From Pelagomonas calceolata (lineage: Eukaryota), in the NCBI GenBank assembly GCA_918797485.1, contig CAKKNE010000003.1, positions 2,356,001 to 2,420,000 on the forward strand: DNA of 64,000 nucleotides. Direction: 5' to 3'. The notes beneath the pieces were generated by a model. The model did no database searches and was not told the DNA's origin. It worked only from the letters and a program-made list of their open reading frames with translations. Position 1 is the first letter of the stretch. Each line of letters begins with the position of its first letter. Made by a program: the position numbers and the translations under genes. Positions 63,238-64,000 of this stretch are shown here, in pieces.

Positions 63238-64000
63238 TTCTATTAGTTTGTATTAATAGCCCAGCCCCCATTGTCTGTCCGTGAAGTTAGTGTAACTAGG
63301 GTATCTCAGCGATCTCTCTGGCAACGGACGGCGACAGCCACAGGTACCTCCTCACGGATCTCTACAAAAAAATTCCCAAAAAGCCGAGTATGAATGCATA
63401 GGGGCGTAAATTCCTTATTAAATTTTGGGACAAGACACTGGCCCGGCCAGAAATGACCGCAGAAACGGCCCCAGCAGCCCCAACCAGCCTGTGCGCTGGC
63501 ACGATGGTCCCTCCGCATCCACTCTTGGGTCAGGCAGCGTTTTTATGCTCGAGTTCGTCGCACAAGGCATGCCACCAAAAACCGGTCTGTGTGCGGCGGT
63601 CGCCGCGGCCGGCGTAAAGCGTCCTCACGGATGGAAGTGAACGTCGGAAGGGCCTTGCCCCCTGCCCGCGGCGACCTCGACGACTTGGTTACGTCGCTGG
63701 TGCATGAGGGCGCGCGGTGGGCGGCTCCACGCACGGCTCGGCGCGCGGTCTTCGGACTTGGAGTAGCTAGACGCGCTACTTGGTTTCGTCACGCTGCTCC
63801 TATTGTGACGCGGGGACGCCATGCGTTTACGGAAGCCCGGAAGAGTACACGGATCGTGGCGGGCGCCGCGGCGACGATTCGCGGCCGCGATCACCCCGTC
63901 GCTCGTGAGTGGGACGCCACCCTCGTCGATTCCGTGCGGCGTCTCGTCCGACCTCACGGGCCCGTCGTATCCCGGCGCTGCGCCTCATTCGCGTCCCGGC
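63238..64000 (+). repeat. Long direct repeat, copy 2 (runs off the window end)
   Basis: Colinear with 60399-61160. Confidence 0.92.

Noticed and set aside
60399..64000. LTR retrotransposon
   Set aside because: No gag, RT or integrase between the repeats; no clear TG...CA ends or primer-binding site; right boundary not visible

Overview
GC-rich, gene-dense eukaryotic nuclear DNA, most likely from a pelagophyte alga (Pelagomonas/Aureococcus-like). That assignment is inferred from plastid-targeting presequences, Rab/Ku80/LSm6 genes, tiny intergenic spacers and the intron type. About 38 protein-coding genes can be supported. The main hidden structure is a family of transposon-derived spliceosomal introns (introner elements): about 13 clear and 7 decayed copies. 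They carry 15-bp terminal inverted repeats (CTGTGTGGAAATCAA...TTGATTTCCACACAG) and 8-bp target-site duplications. The splice donor (GT or GC) comes from the host TSD, the AG acceptor comes from the TIR, and they occur in both orientations relative to the host gene. Removing them rebuilds many genes that the ORF track shows as fragments. Other notable items: (1) a receptor-like kinase joining DUF285/BspA-type repeats, a TM helix, an MLKL-like helical bundle and an intact TKL kinase; (2) an island with a tandem Cys8 zinc-finger gene, a phage-like OB-fold and a divergent XPG/FEN1 nuclease; (3) a recurring intergenic CTAG-bounded motif and a G-rich dispersed repeat; (4) a ~760-bp direct repeat at the right end. 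No rRNA, tRNA, CRISPR array or transposase gene was recognised. All domain calls are by-eye motif recognition, not database searches.
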